Assembly (NCBI GenBank): GCA_951406725.2
Contig: OX597818.1
Location: 32,116,001-32,180,000, forward strand
Source: Octopus vulgaris
Taxonomy: Eukaryota
Reading direction: 5' to 3'
DNA length: 64,000 bases
Positions 39,799 through 53,937 of this stretch are shown here, one piece after another. The position numbers and the translations under genes are program-made. A model generated the notes under the pieces. That model had not been told where the DNA came from and did no database searches. It saw nothing but the letters and a program-made list of their open reading frames with translations. Positions within the stretch are counted from its first letter, which is position 1. Each line of letters opens with the position of its first letter.

Positions 39799-40633
39799 TA
39801 TATATATTCTTGTATTCTCTTATACTTTTTCAGTCATTTTGACCGTGACCATGCTGGAGCACTGCCGTAAAGGGTTTTAATCGAAGAAATCGACCTCATA
39901 CTTTCTGCGTTCTTTCCACTTTTCTTTTTCTCGCTCCCCCCTCTCTCACATTTCTTGGCTTTCTTTTCATTCTTATCACTTTCCCTCGTCTTTTACCTCT
40001 CTTGTACCTCACTCTGTCCATTTCCTTTATTTCTCTCTCTTTCTCATCCCTCTCTAATTCTTCAATCCCTCTGCCCCCACCTCTTTCCTGTCCTTCCACG
40101 TGACCGGTGTTCCGCCAAGCCTGACCTTTTTTTCTTGATTCGACCACCATCCGTGTAGCATCTCTTATATTCCTTCCCATGACGTTCATCACTTATGATC
40201 CTGCCGTAAGACTTCACTTCACACACACCTGCTTAATTTAATTTGTCCTTAGTCGAAAGACACCTGCTATTTGTATTTGTAATTGTGCACCATTTCTCCG
40301 CTTTTTCGTCCTTGTTTTCATATACATTCACTTACTTTCTTCCAAAGAATCTAGTGCTCTTAGTTTAGATTTTCTTGAGGCCGGTTAGATTGGAGCAGTC
40401 TCGAGTGTAACCGGCCGAAAGTCCAACGACGATCTGAAACTCGATTGACGATAGAAAGCTCCGAATGACCCGTCTTTGTGTTTTCCTGTTCTTTTTCGTA
40501 TCGTCTAACTGTCTGAATGTTTTGTGGTCACCTGTTATGTCCTTGTTCCATTTTTTGTTTTGTTTTGTATGTATACATATAGCGGCGTACATACACTTTT
40601 GGTCTACTGTATGTAAGTATATATATATATATA

Positions 40634-41024
40634 TAGGCGTAGGAGAGGCTGTGTGGTAAGTAGCTTGCTTACCAGCCAGATGATTCCGGGTTCAGTCCCA
40701 CAGCGTGGCACCTTCGGCAAGTGTCTTCTACTATAGCCTCGGGCTGACCAAAGCCTTGTGAGTGGATATGGTAGACGGAAACTGAAAGAAGCCCGTCGTA
40801 TATGTGTGTATATGTTTGTGTGTCTGTGTTTGTCCCCCCAGCATCACTTGACAATCGATGGTGGTGTGTTTACGTCCCCGTAACTTAGCGGTTCGGGAAA
40901 AGAGACCGATAGAATAAGTACTAGGCTTACCAAAAATAAGTCCTGGGGTCCATTTGCTCGACTAAAGGCGGTATTCCAGCATGGCCACAATCAAATGACT
41001 GAAACAGGTAAAAGAGTAAAAAGA

Positions 41025-41025
<1 letters not shown>
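40634..41025 (+). mobile_element. SINE-A, full length
   Basis: Head to gagtaaaagagt tail. Confidence 0.9.
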
Positions 41026-41065
<40 letters not shown>

Positions 41066-41109
41066 AACATATATATATATATATATATGCATATATATAT
41101 ATATATATA

Positions 41110-41168
<59 letters not shown>

Positions 41169-41374
41169 GATATACATATATATATATATATGCACATATA
41201 CATATATATATATATATATGCACATATACATATATATATATATATATATGCACATATACATATATCATACATATATACAGACATGCATACACGCTCATAC
41301 ACACACACACATATATAGATATATATGTATAAATGTATATATATATATGTACATGTGTGTGTATGTGTGTGTAT

Positions 41375-41444
<70 letters not shown>

Positions 41445-42029
41445 GAAGATTGACTACATGTTATGATCACCCATATTTCCTTTATCGTTTCCATCAGGAT
41501 TTCGTTACTTACAGTTTTATTTTCAATGCATCATCAGATTATCGTAGCTCCAAGTATTTCATAATGTACACGTAATTTTACTGAGCAATTTTGCTGAAAA
41601 TATTTCCCTGATACTGTACACTCTTCACTTATGTTAAAATGTAAAGAGTATCATTTTATGAATAAACATACAAGTCTACCCATATCATGAAAGTAAACGA
41701 AATGGTTATTACACCACAGATTTTATCTCTTTGTGGGTAGCAAACATTTGTTCGTTATGTGCAGATTCATATTTTCTGAGAAAGAGTATTCGCTTTCTGT
41801 TCGTAGATCTATTGCCGTAAAGATGTTTATATTTTTATCTTTAACGTGTTTCAGTCATTCGGCTACAGCTATACCGAGGTGCCGCCTTCAAGGGTTTAGT
41901 CGAATAAATCACCCAAGTACATTTTTTATGCCTCTTTTGCACTGAGTCAGAGACAAACCAACACCATTTGTCAAGCAGTTGTATGGGACATCTCACACAG
42001 ACACACACACACACGCACAGACACATTTA

Positions 42030-42222
42030 TGTATGATAGATCGTTAGCTACCACATTCATTTTTTTCTCTCCTTGTTTCTCTCCTTGTATATTTCTGTGG
42101 AAGAGCGTAGGCTCGAAACGTAAAAGACTTTTTCTATTCCTGAGCGATATACTAATACATTTGTTTGTTTGTACACCACCTGCCTTCGTCTTTTGTTTAT
42201 TTTCGTAAACTTTCCCTTTATA
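42030..42222 (+). repeat. dispersed repeat with HHR-like motif (second copy 57070-57258, minus)
   Basis: ttt CTGTGGAA gagc-gtag-gctc GAAAC GTA aaa at 42092-42125; core is non-canonical. Confidence 0.55.
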
Positions 42223-42780
42223 TATATATACACATATACAATTGCAACGTGGAAGGTGTTTATAAGCCATTTAAGAAACACACAAAAACCGTTAGATTCA
42301 CTTCAACATTTAAATTTAATTTGTCAAAATATTTTCGTCACTTTATATATATGCACACACACACAGACCCCCCCCCCCTATATATATGTGTGTGTGTGTG
42401 CTCTACAGCATTCCTTACATTTTTTGTCAACCAAATACACTGAAGAGATTTGGTAGAAGGCACTTTCAAAAGGTGCCGCTTTGTGGGACTGAAGTGGAAA
42501 CCCACTTGGTCGCAGAGAGAACATCTTAACCCCACAGCCATCTGGAAAATTCGTAAATTTATATCGATAATCGGCAATATTTTGTTTGGCTTGAACAACA
42601 TCACTTTTTTCTAAGGAATGTTTTCAAAAGTTTTGCACTCATATACAGAATCATTTTGCCTTAAAGAAAATTAATAACATACCGGGAGGGAAGTACTTTG
42701 GGATAAAATAGAGAGGATCCAAGAAAAGGGATAGTCAAAAACTGTAATGGAATTATAAGCTCACTTCATCCCCCCCCCTG

Positions 42781-42819
<39 letters not shown>

Positions 42820-42906
42820 ACGGGCGAATAGAGTTGACCGCACATACACTTTCTCACTCACTTTTCTAGGCAACCTTTTATAGACGGTATAAATTAGAAC
42901 GTTGAA

Positions 42907-43322
42907 AGGCGGCGAGCTGGCAGAATCGTTAACACGCCGGTCGAAATGCTTAGCAGTATTTCGTCTGTCGCTACGTTCTGAGTTCAAATTCCGCCGAGGT
43001 CGACTTTGCTTTTCATCCTTTCGGGGTCGATTAAATAAGTACCAGTTACGCACTGAGGTCGATATAATTGACTTAATCCATTTGTCTGTCCTTGTTTGTC
43101 CTCTCTGTGTTTAACCCATTGTGGATAGTAAAGAAATAGGTATTTCGCCTGCTGCTACGTCCTGAGTTCAAATTCCGCCGAGGTCGACTTAGCCTTTCAT
43201 TCTTTCGGGGTCGATTAAATAAGTACCCGTTACGCACTGGGGTCGATATAATCGACTTAATCCGTTTGTCTGTCCTTGTTTGTCCTCTCTGTGTTTAGCC
43301 CCTTGTTGGTAGTAAAGAAATA
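42907..43322 (+). mobile_element. SINE-B dimer with ~21 bp TSD
   Basis: TSD ggtataa.tt.gaacgttgaa at 42886-42906 and 43323-43343; internal junction aaagaaatag|gtatttcg. Confidence 0.9.
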
Positions 43323-43829
43323 GGTATAATTTGGAACGTTGAAGTTATTGAGATTCCTTACCATGGAAAGTAAAACAATTTATTCTTTGTGTTATACTTA
43401 GAATCATTTTTTAAAAAATATTTATAATATAATCAGTTATTATGTTTTGTGATTCCACCATTAATTTTATAATGTTTGATATTATACACAGACACTTATG
43501 CATATATATTTATATATCACACATACAATGCAACTACTTTCAAATGATTTCATATGCTATAGTTTTTCTTGTTTAAGAAGGATGGATGTCAAATTTTGAC
43601 ATTCGAGAAAGGATTTCAATTCGACAGGTTCTCTTTTGCTCCGACCAAATAAATAAAAGGTTAAATTTCAGCAGCCGGGAAAGGGTGAGACTCTTCGCTA
43701 TTTTGGATACAAGTCTATACGCCGTGGTTAAGAAAAGAGGTCTGATGTTTCAAGACTGTACCTTCCTCTGATGAAGGGCGAGTGTTGTCTTAATAGCGAT
43801 CTGTCAGTAATAGTTATTCTACCTATAGA

Positions 43830-44045
43830 GTGACGAACTAGTAGAATCGTTAGTACGCCGAGCAAAATGCTTAGCAACATTTCGTTTGTCTTTACTTTCC
43901 AGGTTCAAATTCCGCCAGTGTCGAATTCGACTTTCACCCTTTCGGGGTCGATAAAATAAATGCCAGTTGAGTACTGGGGTTGACGTCATCGACTTTTTCC
44001 CCCTCCTCAAAATTGCTGGCCTTGTGCCAAATTTTAAAACCAATA
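43830..44045 (+). mobile_element. SINE-B (short-tail subfamily)
   Basis: Domain plus aaattgctggccttgtgccaaa tail. Confidence 0.85.
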
Positions 44046-45113
44046 TCTATTCTACCAGTGGCATTATGAAATTTATAGGCTTCATCAAGTTTGTTAATGT
44101 CAAGGATGTACTTATTTTTAGTGGGTATAACTTTAGTTCAAATATTTCGTATTCTTCAAATTTTCCAGTATTCCTCAAAAAACGCAGAAGAAATTGAAAA
44201 GAGAGATATTTTTAGAAACATTCTAAAGTTTTACTTGTCTCTTGGAGGTTTCTGCAGGGCTAACATGACATGTGACAAAATAATGGTTTCAAATTTTAGC
44301 GGGAGAGGTTGAATAAATAACAGTAATTCGCAAAAGAACTCATAAACTTAAAGATAATTAGGTTTTAGAAATGATATCAAATGCATTGTATAATTGTATA
44401 ATGAATTAATTCTATGTAAGACTATACGACTCACAGCAAGATTAAATTTATATTCGTATATAGAATACATTTGATGTTGATCTTTTGTCTGTATTCTATT
44501 TCATTGACCTTTTCCTAAGTCACCTCCCCAAAACTGTTTCTATATTTACCCAGTACCAATTACATATGCAGAAATAATTATGTTTTTCAACATATGGAAC
44601 GTATTGCTGTTGGCTATTCACAGTGCATTCCATATTTTGCTTACTGAGAAAACTATTTTTAAAATTATTTCATTTTTTTTTTTTTTCAATCCTACTTAAA
44701 ATATTATTCTCTAATCCTCTTATAATCCAAGTACGAATTTATCTCACTGAATTTTACTCTGGATTTTCCCAAATATTTTTATGTAGACAACATTCTAAAA
44801 TAACGGTTGTCTTACGACGTCGCCTTCATTGTCATCATCGCCATCAACAATTAAATAGCCTAAGTATTATTCACTTCCACATTTAATTTTGTCTTAATTT
44901 CATTCTTTTCCAACTATGTCATCGTTCTCAATTCTTTTCCCTCTTCCACATACACACACACACACACACACACACATACTAACTCTGTCCTATTTCCTCT
45001 TCACCATCTTTTTTGTATCCTTCATCTCATCCATATTCCTTCTTTTTCTTTCTTTCTTTCTTTCTTTATTACCTTCTGTATATCGTTCTCACTTCATCGT
45101 TCACCATCCTACT

Positions 45114-45156
<43 letters not shown>

Positions 45157-45879
45157 CCCCCCCTCTCTCTATCTATCTATCTGTCTGTCTGTGTCAGTTC
45201 TTCTGTCTATTTGTCTGTCTGTCTGTCTGTCTACCTGCCTTTCTGTCTTTCTGCCTGCCTTTCTGTCTGTCTTTCTGTCTGCCTTTCTGTCTGTCTGTCT
45301 GTATGTATGTATGTCTGTCTGTCTGTCTGCCTGTCTGTAATATGTACAAATAATAAGATCATTTTAATATGCCTAACGGTTAGATCACACGTTGCAGTTT
45401 CAACTCGCGGATGAAGCTAATTTATTTCACTTACATCGCCAACACCACTCGTTGAGAAAGAAAAAAAGGCGACACTTTCTATTTCCCTCTTTTACAATAT
45501 ATGGACTTCATATCTAGACTTCAGAAGCAAACATGTTTTGGAGTCAAACAGTAGAGTGCAAGAATCTACCTCTTTGTCAATGAATGTCAGTGACCCGGTT
45601 TCCATTTACGGTTGATGAAAATTCAATTTTACTCCCATAATTGATTTGCAAGATGTACTGTGAGCATACTTTACATATTGAGTCTTTGAAAATACCATCT
45701 CTTTAAACGTTCCCGAAAAATAAAACCAGTGTTACATTAATATGAAAGCGACAGAGTGGAAGAAAAAGTAGTAGGTTAGAATATTTTAAACATTGGCGTT
45801 ATTGGTTCAAAAGTCGCCTAAGTTGACCTTTTTAATTGTATATCTGCACCAGAAAAGTTCCCCACCAAAGCGCAAGCCT

Positions 45880-46226
45880 TTACTCTTTTTACTCTTTTAC
45901 TTGTTTCAGTCATTTGACTGCGGCCATGCTGGAGCACCGCCTTTAGTCGAGCAACTCGACCCCGGGACTTATTCTTTTGTAAGCCCAGTACTTATTCTAT
46001 CGGTCTCTTTTGCCGAACCGCTAAGTGACGGGGACATAAACACACCAGCATCGGTTGTCAAGCAATGCTATGGGGACAAACACAAACACACACACGCATA
46101 CATATATATATATACATATATATGACAGGCTTCTTTCAGTTTCTGTCTACCAAATCCACTCACAAGGCTTTGGTCGGCCCGAGGCTATAGTAGAAGACAC
46201 TTGCCCAAGGTGCCACGCAGTGGGAC
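45880..46226 (-). mobile_element. SINE-A, head truncated
   Basis: Homology to 268-625. Confidence 0.9.
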
Positions 46227-46448
46227 GTGTAGGTATGTGCAAGACCAGCATTTTCCCCGCATGCTAATCTCTCCTCTCCCAGCTACAGTTATAGCTAAGA
46301 GGACAGGCAAGGCCAAAATACTTTGATACCAATATTATCACCCTCTTCCTTTCATGCTGGGCCCTTATTCAGTTCTAGGAGAAAAAAGCAAAGCTACTCA
46401 TCATTCTCCATCCGGTTTCCGCTTCCTTACTAATCTAGAAACTAACAT

Positions 46449-46750
46449 GTGGCAGCACATGGCCTAGTGGTTAGAGCAGCGGGCTCGCAGTCGAGGGATT
46501 GCGGGTTCGAATATCAGACCGGGTGGTGTGTGTGTTTATGAGCGAAACACCTAAGCTCCACGCGGCTCCGACAGAAGGTAGTGGCGAACTTCTGCTGACT
46601 CTTTCGCCACAACTGTCTCCCACTCTTTCCTCCTGCATCTTGCAGCTCGCCTGCGACGGACCGGCGTCCCGTCCAGGTGGGGAACATGTACGCCAAGGAA
46701 ACCGGGAAACCGGCTCTTATGAGCCAGGCATGGCTCGAGAAGGAACAAAT
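46449..46750 (+). mobile_element. SINE-C
   Basis: tggcctagtggttag A box, ggttcgaat B box, gcgacggaccggcgtcccgtccagg module (V-domain-like). Confidence 0.85.
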
Positions 46751-47671
46751 AGCAAACAACAGAAACTAACTCGCCGGTAACATGGCCAGAAGCGATGGTA
46801 CTATGTTGATAAACAAGCTTCATACACGAAAAAGAAAAAAAAAAAAACGTTTAAGTAATGGTGGTTCATGGAAGCAACTGCCGCTTTATATAGGCAAATG
46901 CAAAAACCAGCCGTTAACAGTGCCACCAGGCTATAGTGACAATGATGGCGACAGAAAGAATGATAGAAAAGCGACAAAAAGATAAAATGAGCTACAAAAT
47001 TCTGATTTTATCAACCTGTCGGACTATGAAGAGCTAATAGAAAATCGATTAAACTGCAGTCTTAGGAGTTCTAATATTATTGTCAGAATACAGAATAGCA
47101 AGGTGTGCTTATACTCTTTTAGACAATACCTGTTCTGATGCCACCACAATAATGTTCAAGAAAGCCGCCACCTAAATCGTTGTTAAAATAATTCAGAGTG
47201 AATCACCAGACAGCAGTAAATTACATTGTCAAATGACAGTTAGACGCCATAATAGCAGAACCCCTTTACAAAGCAATATCACGTAGTGCAGTATTTCAGC
47301 ATAGATCAACATACCAAAGAAATACAAAATCACGTCTTGGTGAGATACACAGATGGTGTAAACCTCTGGGTTGCAGAAGGAGACATCATTAGTTGAAATG
47401 CAGGGAGGTGTTAGAGATGTACAAACACATATTTAGAACCTCTGATCAGTAAAGAAGGTATCCCCGTATTTACGGCCCCTAATTTATAATAACTCACACA
47501 AATGAGCCCATCTGGTGAAGATTTATTAACACAAAAGGGCTATGGAGTAAGTATTAAGACATAAAGCAGCTACAACGGTTCCACTTTTCCACTTATTTGT
47601 TCTGTTATAGTTATTATTGTCCTTCTGTTATATTATTTTGTCCCTGTGTTGTACACTACTTATTTCTTTTC

Positions 47672-47972
47672 GCTCTTTTCAAGCCTAGCCAGGTAAATGG
47701 GCTCGGTTTCCCGGTTTCTGTGGCGTATGTGTTCGCCCCAGCTGGACGGGACGCCAGTCCATCGCAGCGTTACTCAAGAAACAGGAAGAGAGAGTGAGAG
47801 AAAGTTGTGGCGAAAGTGTAAAACAGGGGTCGCCACCACCCGCTGCCGGAGCCTCGTGGAGCTTTTAGGTGTTTTCGCTCAATAAAACACACACAGCACC
47901 CGGTCTGGGAATCGAAACCGCGATCCTACAACCGCAAGTTCGCTGCTCTAACCACTGGGCCATTGCGCCTCC
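47672..47972 (-). mobile_element. SINE-C
   Basis: Reverse complement of the tRNA-like head and shared 3' module. Confidence 0.85.
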
Positions 47973-48002
47973 ACATACACTACTTATTATTCTGTGCGTA
48001 TA

Positions 48003-48237
48003 CCTATTTCTTTACTACCCACAAGGGGCTAAACACAGAGAGGACAAGCAAGAACAGACAAACGGATTAAGTCGATTACATCGAGCCCAATGCGTAACTG
48101 GTACTTAATTTATCGACCCCGAAAGGATGAAAGGCAAAGTCGACCTCGGTGGAATTTGAACTCGGAACGTAGCGGCAGACGAAATACTGCTAAGCATTTC
48201 GCCCGGCGTGCTAACGTTTCTTCCAGCTTGCCGCCTT
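48003..48237 (-). mobile_element. SINE-B monomer
   Basis: Reverse complement of 30751-30983. Confidence 0.9.
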
Positions 48238-48669
48238 GCTTATACCTTTGCTCGTTGACACAAATTTTTCACCGATCGAATTTTATTCAGTCGACCCGAG
48301 GCTTGAGGTCATTTTCCTGAGGTAACATTAAGCTGGATATGGCACAATATAGTTAGTATTATAACATTGTAAATCAAGGTACAGATGGGCTATCAAATGG
48401 GTAGTAGACCGAAAATGTTCGAGAATGATTTTATAACAAGAAAGATTCCAGCGAAGATGGCAGCAGATGGGAATGACATTTCACGTCATATATATTTTTC
48501 AACAAGCAGGAATTTTGACAGATTCAAGAGCCTCAACATAGTAAAGCGAAAGAAAGAAAAAATATACATCTAATTAATTGTACAATTGTAAACTCAACTT
48601 CCCAACCAAAACCTATACATACTTACATACATACATACCTACATGCACACACACTCACAAACACCCCAC

Positions 48670-48757
<88 letters not shown>

Positions 48758-49354
48758 GACACACGCATACGTATGTGTACATTGTGGCACAAACATAAAA
48801 TGACATAGCTATATACATTCAGATAGCGAGTGACAAGTATACTTTGCTCCGCATACAATTATTTCCTATCTTGTAGAGCTAGTCGGTGTCGTTTATAAAA
48901 TATTTACACAAACTTGGTTCATTATACATATGCCATGTGTATAGAAAATTATATTTACTTTCATTATACGTCTTTACACGTTTGCACAATCGGACTTCAA
49001 ATGCATACGTAGAAGTACGCGAGTTCACGAACACACACAAGTGCGCACAAAAACACACGACACACACACAGAAAACAACAAAACCTAACACACACACACA
49101 CACACGCGCGCACACACAGAGAAACACTTTCATACTGAAATACATAGAATTTTCAAAAACATATGTCTTATTTTACGAACACAATCATTACGTGGCCCAC
49201 ACTTCTATTTATTTAAAAGATGAATGCATACAAAAACTTGGCAATCATAAACGTATGTTTGCTCACGCCCCACAGCGTACCTAGTTACCCTGACACAGAA
49301 GCTCTCACATCCAACCACAAACAATTAACTCAACCACACATACACACACACATG

Positions 49355-49432
49355 ATATATATAAACAAACATACATACAGTGATTATATATATATATATT
49401 AATATGTATAAGTATATATGTATATGTATATG

Positions 49433-49467
<35 letters not shown>

Positions 49468-49594
49468 GTGCATGTATATAGGTGTATGTATATAGGTGTA
49501 TGTATGTATATATATATATATATATACATATATATTCTCTAAAAATCCATAAGTCAGAGAAAAATAGGCACTGGTATATTTACCAATAGAGTGT

Positions 49595-49625
<31 letters not shown>

Positions 49626-49644
49626 AACAAACGTACATACAGTG

Positions 49645-49683
<39 letters not shown>

Positions 49684-49745
49684 TCTAAAAATCCGTAAGT
49701 CAGAGTAAAATAGGCACTGGTATATTTACCAATAGAGTGTACACA
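49355..49745. repeat. tandem duplication with microsatellite-variable units
   Basis: ataaacaaac.tacatacagtgat and ttctctaaaaatcc...ccaatagagtgtacac each occur twice. Confidence 0.85.
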
Positions 49746-50189
49746 CACGCACACACACACGCACACACACATGCGCGCGCGCACACACACACACACTCAC
49801 ACATATATATGAGAGAAAGAAAGAGAGCTTCGTTTGCACGTTCATTTGTTTTTAAGTCTGTTTTTGCATACTGCTGGATGGGTTTAGCGAATGCCTTATA
49901 GAGGAATTTATTGCTTTACCGCGACATGCTCTTGCTGTCGGTAATCTTTACCTATTTTTAAATAAGAATGCCATTTTTTCGCACTTTTTCACTACTGCAA
50001 AGCCAGCGCACGATGGTTTATTAATAGGAGAAATAAAACATCACGCGAGATTCGGAGAAATCCACACTCACAGGCAAGTTCATACCTAAATACACATACA
50101 TGTGTGCGCACGACAAGCCTTACTTCTGCTTCGGTCTATCTAATCTGCTCACACGGCTTTGGTCGGTCCGGGCTGTAGTAGAATATATA

Positions 50190-50437
50190 TTAATATATAA
50201 TAAAGCCTAGCCAGGCTCATGGGCCCGGTTTCCCGGTTTCTATGGCGTATGTGTTCCCCAGCTGGACGGGACGTCAGTCCATTGCAGCGTTACTCATTTT
50301 TGCCAGCTGAGTGGACTGGAGCAACATGAAATGAAGTATTTTGTTCAAGAACACAACGCGTCGCCCGGTCCAGAAATCGAAACCACAATCTTACGATCAT
50401 GGTGCCGACACCCTAGCCAATAAGCCACGCGCCTCAC
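50190..50437 (-). mobile_element. SINE-D with 13 bp TSD, nested in a SINE-A remnant
   Basis: agtagaatatata at 50177-50189 and 50438-50450; tRNA-like head, CORE-like middle, SINE-C 3' module. Confidence 0.85.
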
Positions 50438-51082
50438 AGTAGAATATATAACACCCAACAAATATTTAACTTCTTTGTAATCATATTTCTCCTAGATTAC
50501 ACGAACTATATTTCAATAATTTTTTTTAAATAATGAAGAATTCAGTGAAATAACTTTATTCATAAGCTAGCGTTTGGAAGATAAATTAACACGAAATTAA
50601 ACGCTCTGTTTTCAATTAGATCATATTTAAACAGGAATTTTGTTTCAGAGAAACAGGGACAGTCCCGGGAGGTTTCATATAATAAAGTTTAAACAAGCTT
50701 CTTAAATGTATCCATTTGCAGTTCTACTCTTCTAATGAAAAAGTAATATGATGTTTCCAATTATACTTGCCATCGTGGTGTTTCTTGTAATAAAGTGAAG
50801 TATTTAGAAAGAAGCATTCCGCTACCAAATGATACTAATATAGAACAAAATATTGGAACATAAACTGGTTTAGTCTTCTCTTCAACCAATAAGTTTTAAC
50901 AACCTTAGTAAAATTTTTTTCAAATTGTTTCAAAATCTTCTCCGGCCAGAATTAGAGTTTGGATGTGGTTGACTTTGAATAAAAACGATATTTGTCCGTT
51001 AATCAACTCCACTGCATCATGAACAGTCGATAACGCTGTTATTCAAAATCTGCCATATCTTAACTGTATACACCCAAAAGTA

Positions 51083-51704
51083 AGGCGGCGAGCTGGCAGA
51101 AACGTTAGCGCGGCGGGCGAAATGCTTAGCGGTTTCGTCTGCCGTTACGTTCTAAGTTCAAATTCTGCTGAGGTCGACTTTGCCTTTCATCCTTTCGGAG
51201 TCGATAAAATAAGAACCAGTTACGCACTGGGGTCGATATAATCGACTTAATCCGTTTGTCTGTCCTTGTTTGTCCTCCCCGTGAAACGGCGGCGAGCTGG
51301 CAGAAACGTTAGCGCGCCGGGCGAAATGCGTAGCTGTATTTCGTCTGCCGCTACGTTCTGAGTTCAAATTCCGCCGAGGTCGACTTTGCCTTTCATCCTT
51401 TCGGGGTCGATAAATTAAGTACCAGTTACGCACTGGGGTCGATTTAATCGACTTAATACCTATGTCTGTCCTTGTATGTCCCCTCGTGTTTAGCCCCTTG
51501 TGGATAATAAAGAAATAGGTATTTCGTCTGCCGCTACGTTCTGAGTGCAAATTCCGCCGAGGTCAACTTTGCCTTTCATCCTTTCGGGGTCGATTAAATA
51601 AGTACCAGTTACGCACTGGGGTCGATATAATCGACTTAATCCCTTTGTCTGTCCTTGTTTGTCCTCTCTGTGTTTAGCTCCTTGTGGGTAGTAAAGAAAT
51701 AATT
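51083..51704 (+). mobile_element. SINE-B trimer with 16 bp TSD
   Basis: tatacacccaaaagta at 51067-51082 and 51705-51720. Confidence 0.9.
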
Positions 51705-52598
51705 TATACACCCAAAAGTATTATATTTCGTGTTAGCATCGATATTTTGACATCATCGATATTTTGACATCATATTTGGACACACTTCGGATTCATTCAA
51801 CATTTTTGGACTCAGCATCTTCATTTATTTCGCAATCTATTTAGAATCAGAGGCACAAAAATAAGAAATAAACTTTGCAACCAAGTAGAGTAAAATTGCT
51901 TCGCCAAACCGTACAAGTATTGCATGCTGTGCATCTCGGAATCTCATATTTTTTTAAAGCGTACTCTCGGCAAGCAAAATTTCTAATATGAAAACTGGAA
52001 ACAGTATTGAACTGTTTCTTACTATAATCCTCAATCATTCAGTATTCCGTTTTTCTTCTAAATTTCTAGTTTGCTTACTTCATCTAACTGAAGAAAATTT
52101 GAGAAAATTTTAGTATAGGTAACAATAAGAGTGTTTTCTCTCAGTAAAAACGTTTTTCAAAGCGACATAACCATAAAATTAATTTTACTGAAATATATAA
52201 TCTTACGAATAGAATTGAAATTCTCAATTTCATAAAATGTGGTTCTTTTTTGTATCCTCTTTGTCAAACCCTTTACGTTTTTCACATACACAATATTTCA
52301 TTTCCCTGTTCATTATTCTTCTGACAATTGCAGAGATGAGACTGACGTAATTCAAAAGATTTTTAGCTGTATTCATTTCATAATTTATTTTTTTTATTAA
52401 ATAATTCCAGGACTGACTCCCTTAAGGTACACATACATATACCTTAATATATATACATATATATAGGTCTATGTATATACATATACATATATCTATATAT
52501 GTATATGTATATATATGTGTATATATATGTATTTATGGATATATATATATATATGTGTGTATATATATGTATATATATGTATTTATGGATATATATAT

Positions 52599-52634
<36 letters not shown>

Positions 52635-52869
52635 ATATACATATACACACACACACATATATATACATACATATATACATATATCCATATAAATATACAT
52701 ATTTAATATTGTGGACTAATGGGTATATGTCGATTAGAGCGCTGATGTGTTGAGCTGAGCACTGACACGGTTTGGGCTACCACAGTTGGGGTATATTTCC
52801 GTTGGATCTACTTCAGGAATTCCGCAGTGTTAGTTGAGATGATAATAATAATTGATTCAATAAACAAAA

Positions 52870-53104
52870 GGATTTGATATTAGTCTTTATGTAGTACGAC
52901 GGTCGTTTCGACACATCCTGCTACTGTCCCTTATGAGTGGGATTCTAAGCATCATGCTGTGTTGCATCCATTTTTGCAGTGTGTGTCACATCAGGTACAT
53001 AATTGGATGCAACACAACATGATGCATAGAATCCCACCCATGAGGGACAGTAGCAGGATGTGTCGAAACGATCGTCATGTAAAATAAAGACTAATACCAA
53101 ATCC
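52870..53104. repeat. foldback (~100 bp arms) containing an HHR-like motif on the minus strand (52894-52998)
   Basis: Minus strand: gtac CTGATGT gacaca...tgtgtc GAAAC GACC GTC gtac. Confidence 0.7.
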
Positions 53105-53117
53105 ATCTTCTGTTTTG

Positions 53118-53478
53118 TGGTGGCACATGGCCTAGTGGTTAGATCAGTGGACTCACGGTCGAGGGATCGCGGATTCGAATCTCAGACCGGGTGATGTTTG
53201 TGTTTATGAGCGAAACACCTAAGTTCCACGCAGCTCCGGCAGAAGGTAATGGAGAAACTTCTGCTGATTCTTTCGCCACAACTTTCTCTCACTCTTTCCT
53301 CCTGCGACGGACCGGCGTCCCGTCCAGGTTGGGAACCTGCGTCGGACCGGCGTCCCGTCCAGGTTGGGAACCTGCGTCAGACCGGCGTCCCGTCCAGGTT
53401 GGGAACCTATACGCCAAGAAACCAGGAAACCGGCCCTTATGAGCCAGGCATGGCTCGAGAAGGAACAAAAAAAAAAAC
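53118..53478 (+). mobile_element. SINE-C with an internal 35 bp triplication
   Basis: Head as at 46449; repeat at 53301-53405. Confidence 0.85.
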
Positions 53479-53896
53479 ATCTGTTTTACTTAATAAATTA
53501 TATATATATATATGAAAAGTTACTTTCAGTTTCCGTCAACCAAATCCACTCAAGACTTTTATCAGCCCGAGGATGTAGCAGAAAATACTTTCCCAAAGTG
53601 CTATGCAGTGCGACTGAACCACGTGGTCGGGAAGCAAGCTTCTTACCATACAGTCACGCTGTTTATTGAAACAGAATGGTGATTTCAAGGAAGGTTTTTC
53701 ACTGTAGGTAGAATAAGTGTTCGCTATGAGTTAAGTAAAAGTACAGATATAGCTATAAATGAAGGCCGTACTTAAGGTTCACGCTAGGTTGGATTCAGTT
53801 ACGTGATTAACATGACACCAAATGATGAGATAAGTTCATATATGGGATAAAAGTTAAATAAAAACTGAGTATGATATATATATATGTGTATGTTTG

Positions 53897-53937
<41 letters not shown>

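Noticed and set aside
40378-40420. 9-bp hairpin followed by GAAA
   Set aside because: Upstream core and stem I are missing.
43740-43780. HHR-like fragments on both strands
   Set aside because: Core and cleavage triplet too degenerate.
46900-47580. Possible exon or transposase remnant
   Set aside because: No sustained frame or recognisable motif.
53301-53405. CRISPR-like 35-bp repeats
   Set aside because: No spacers, inside a SINE, eukaryotic context.
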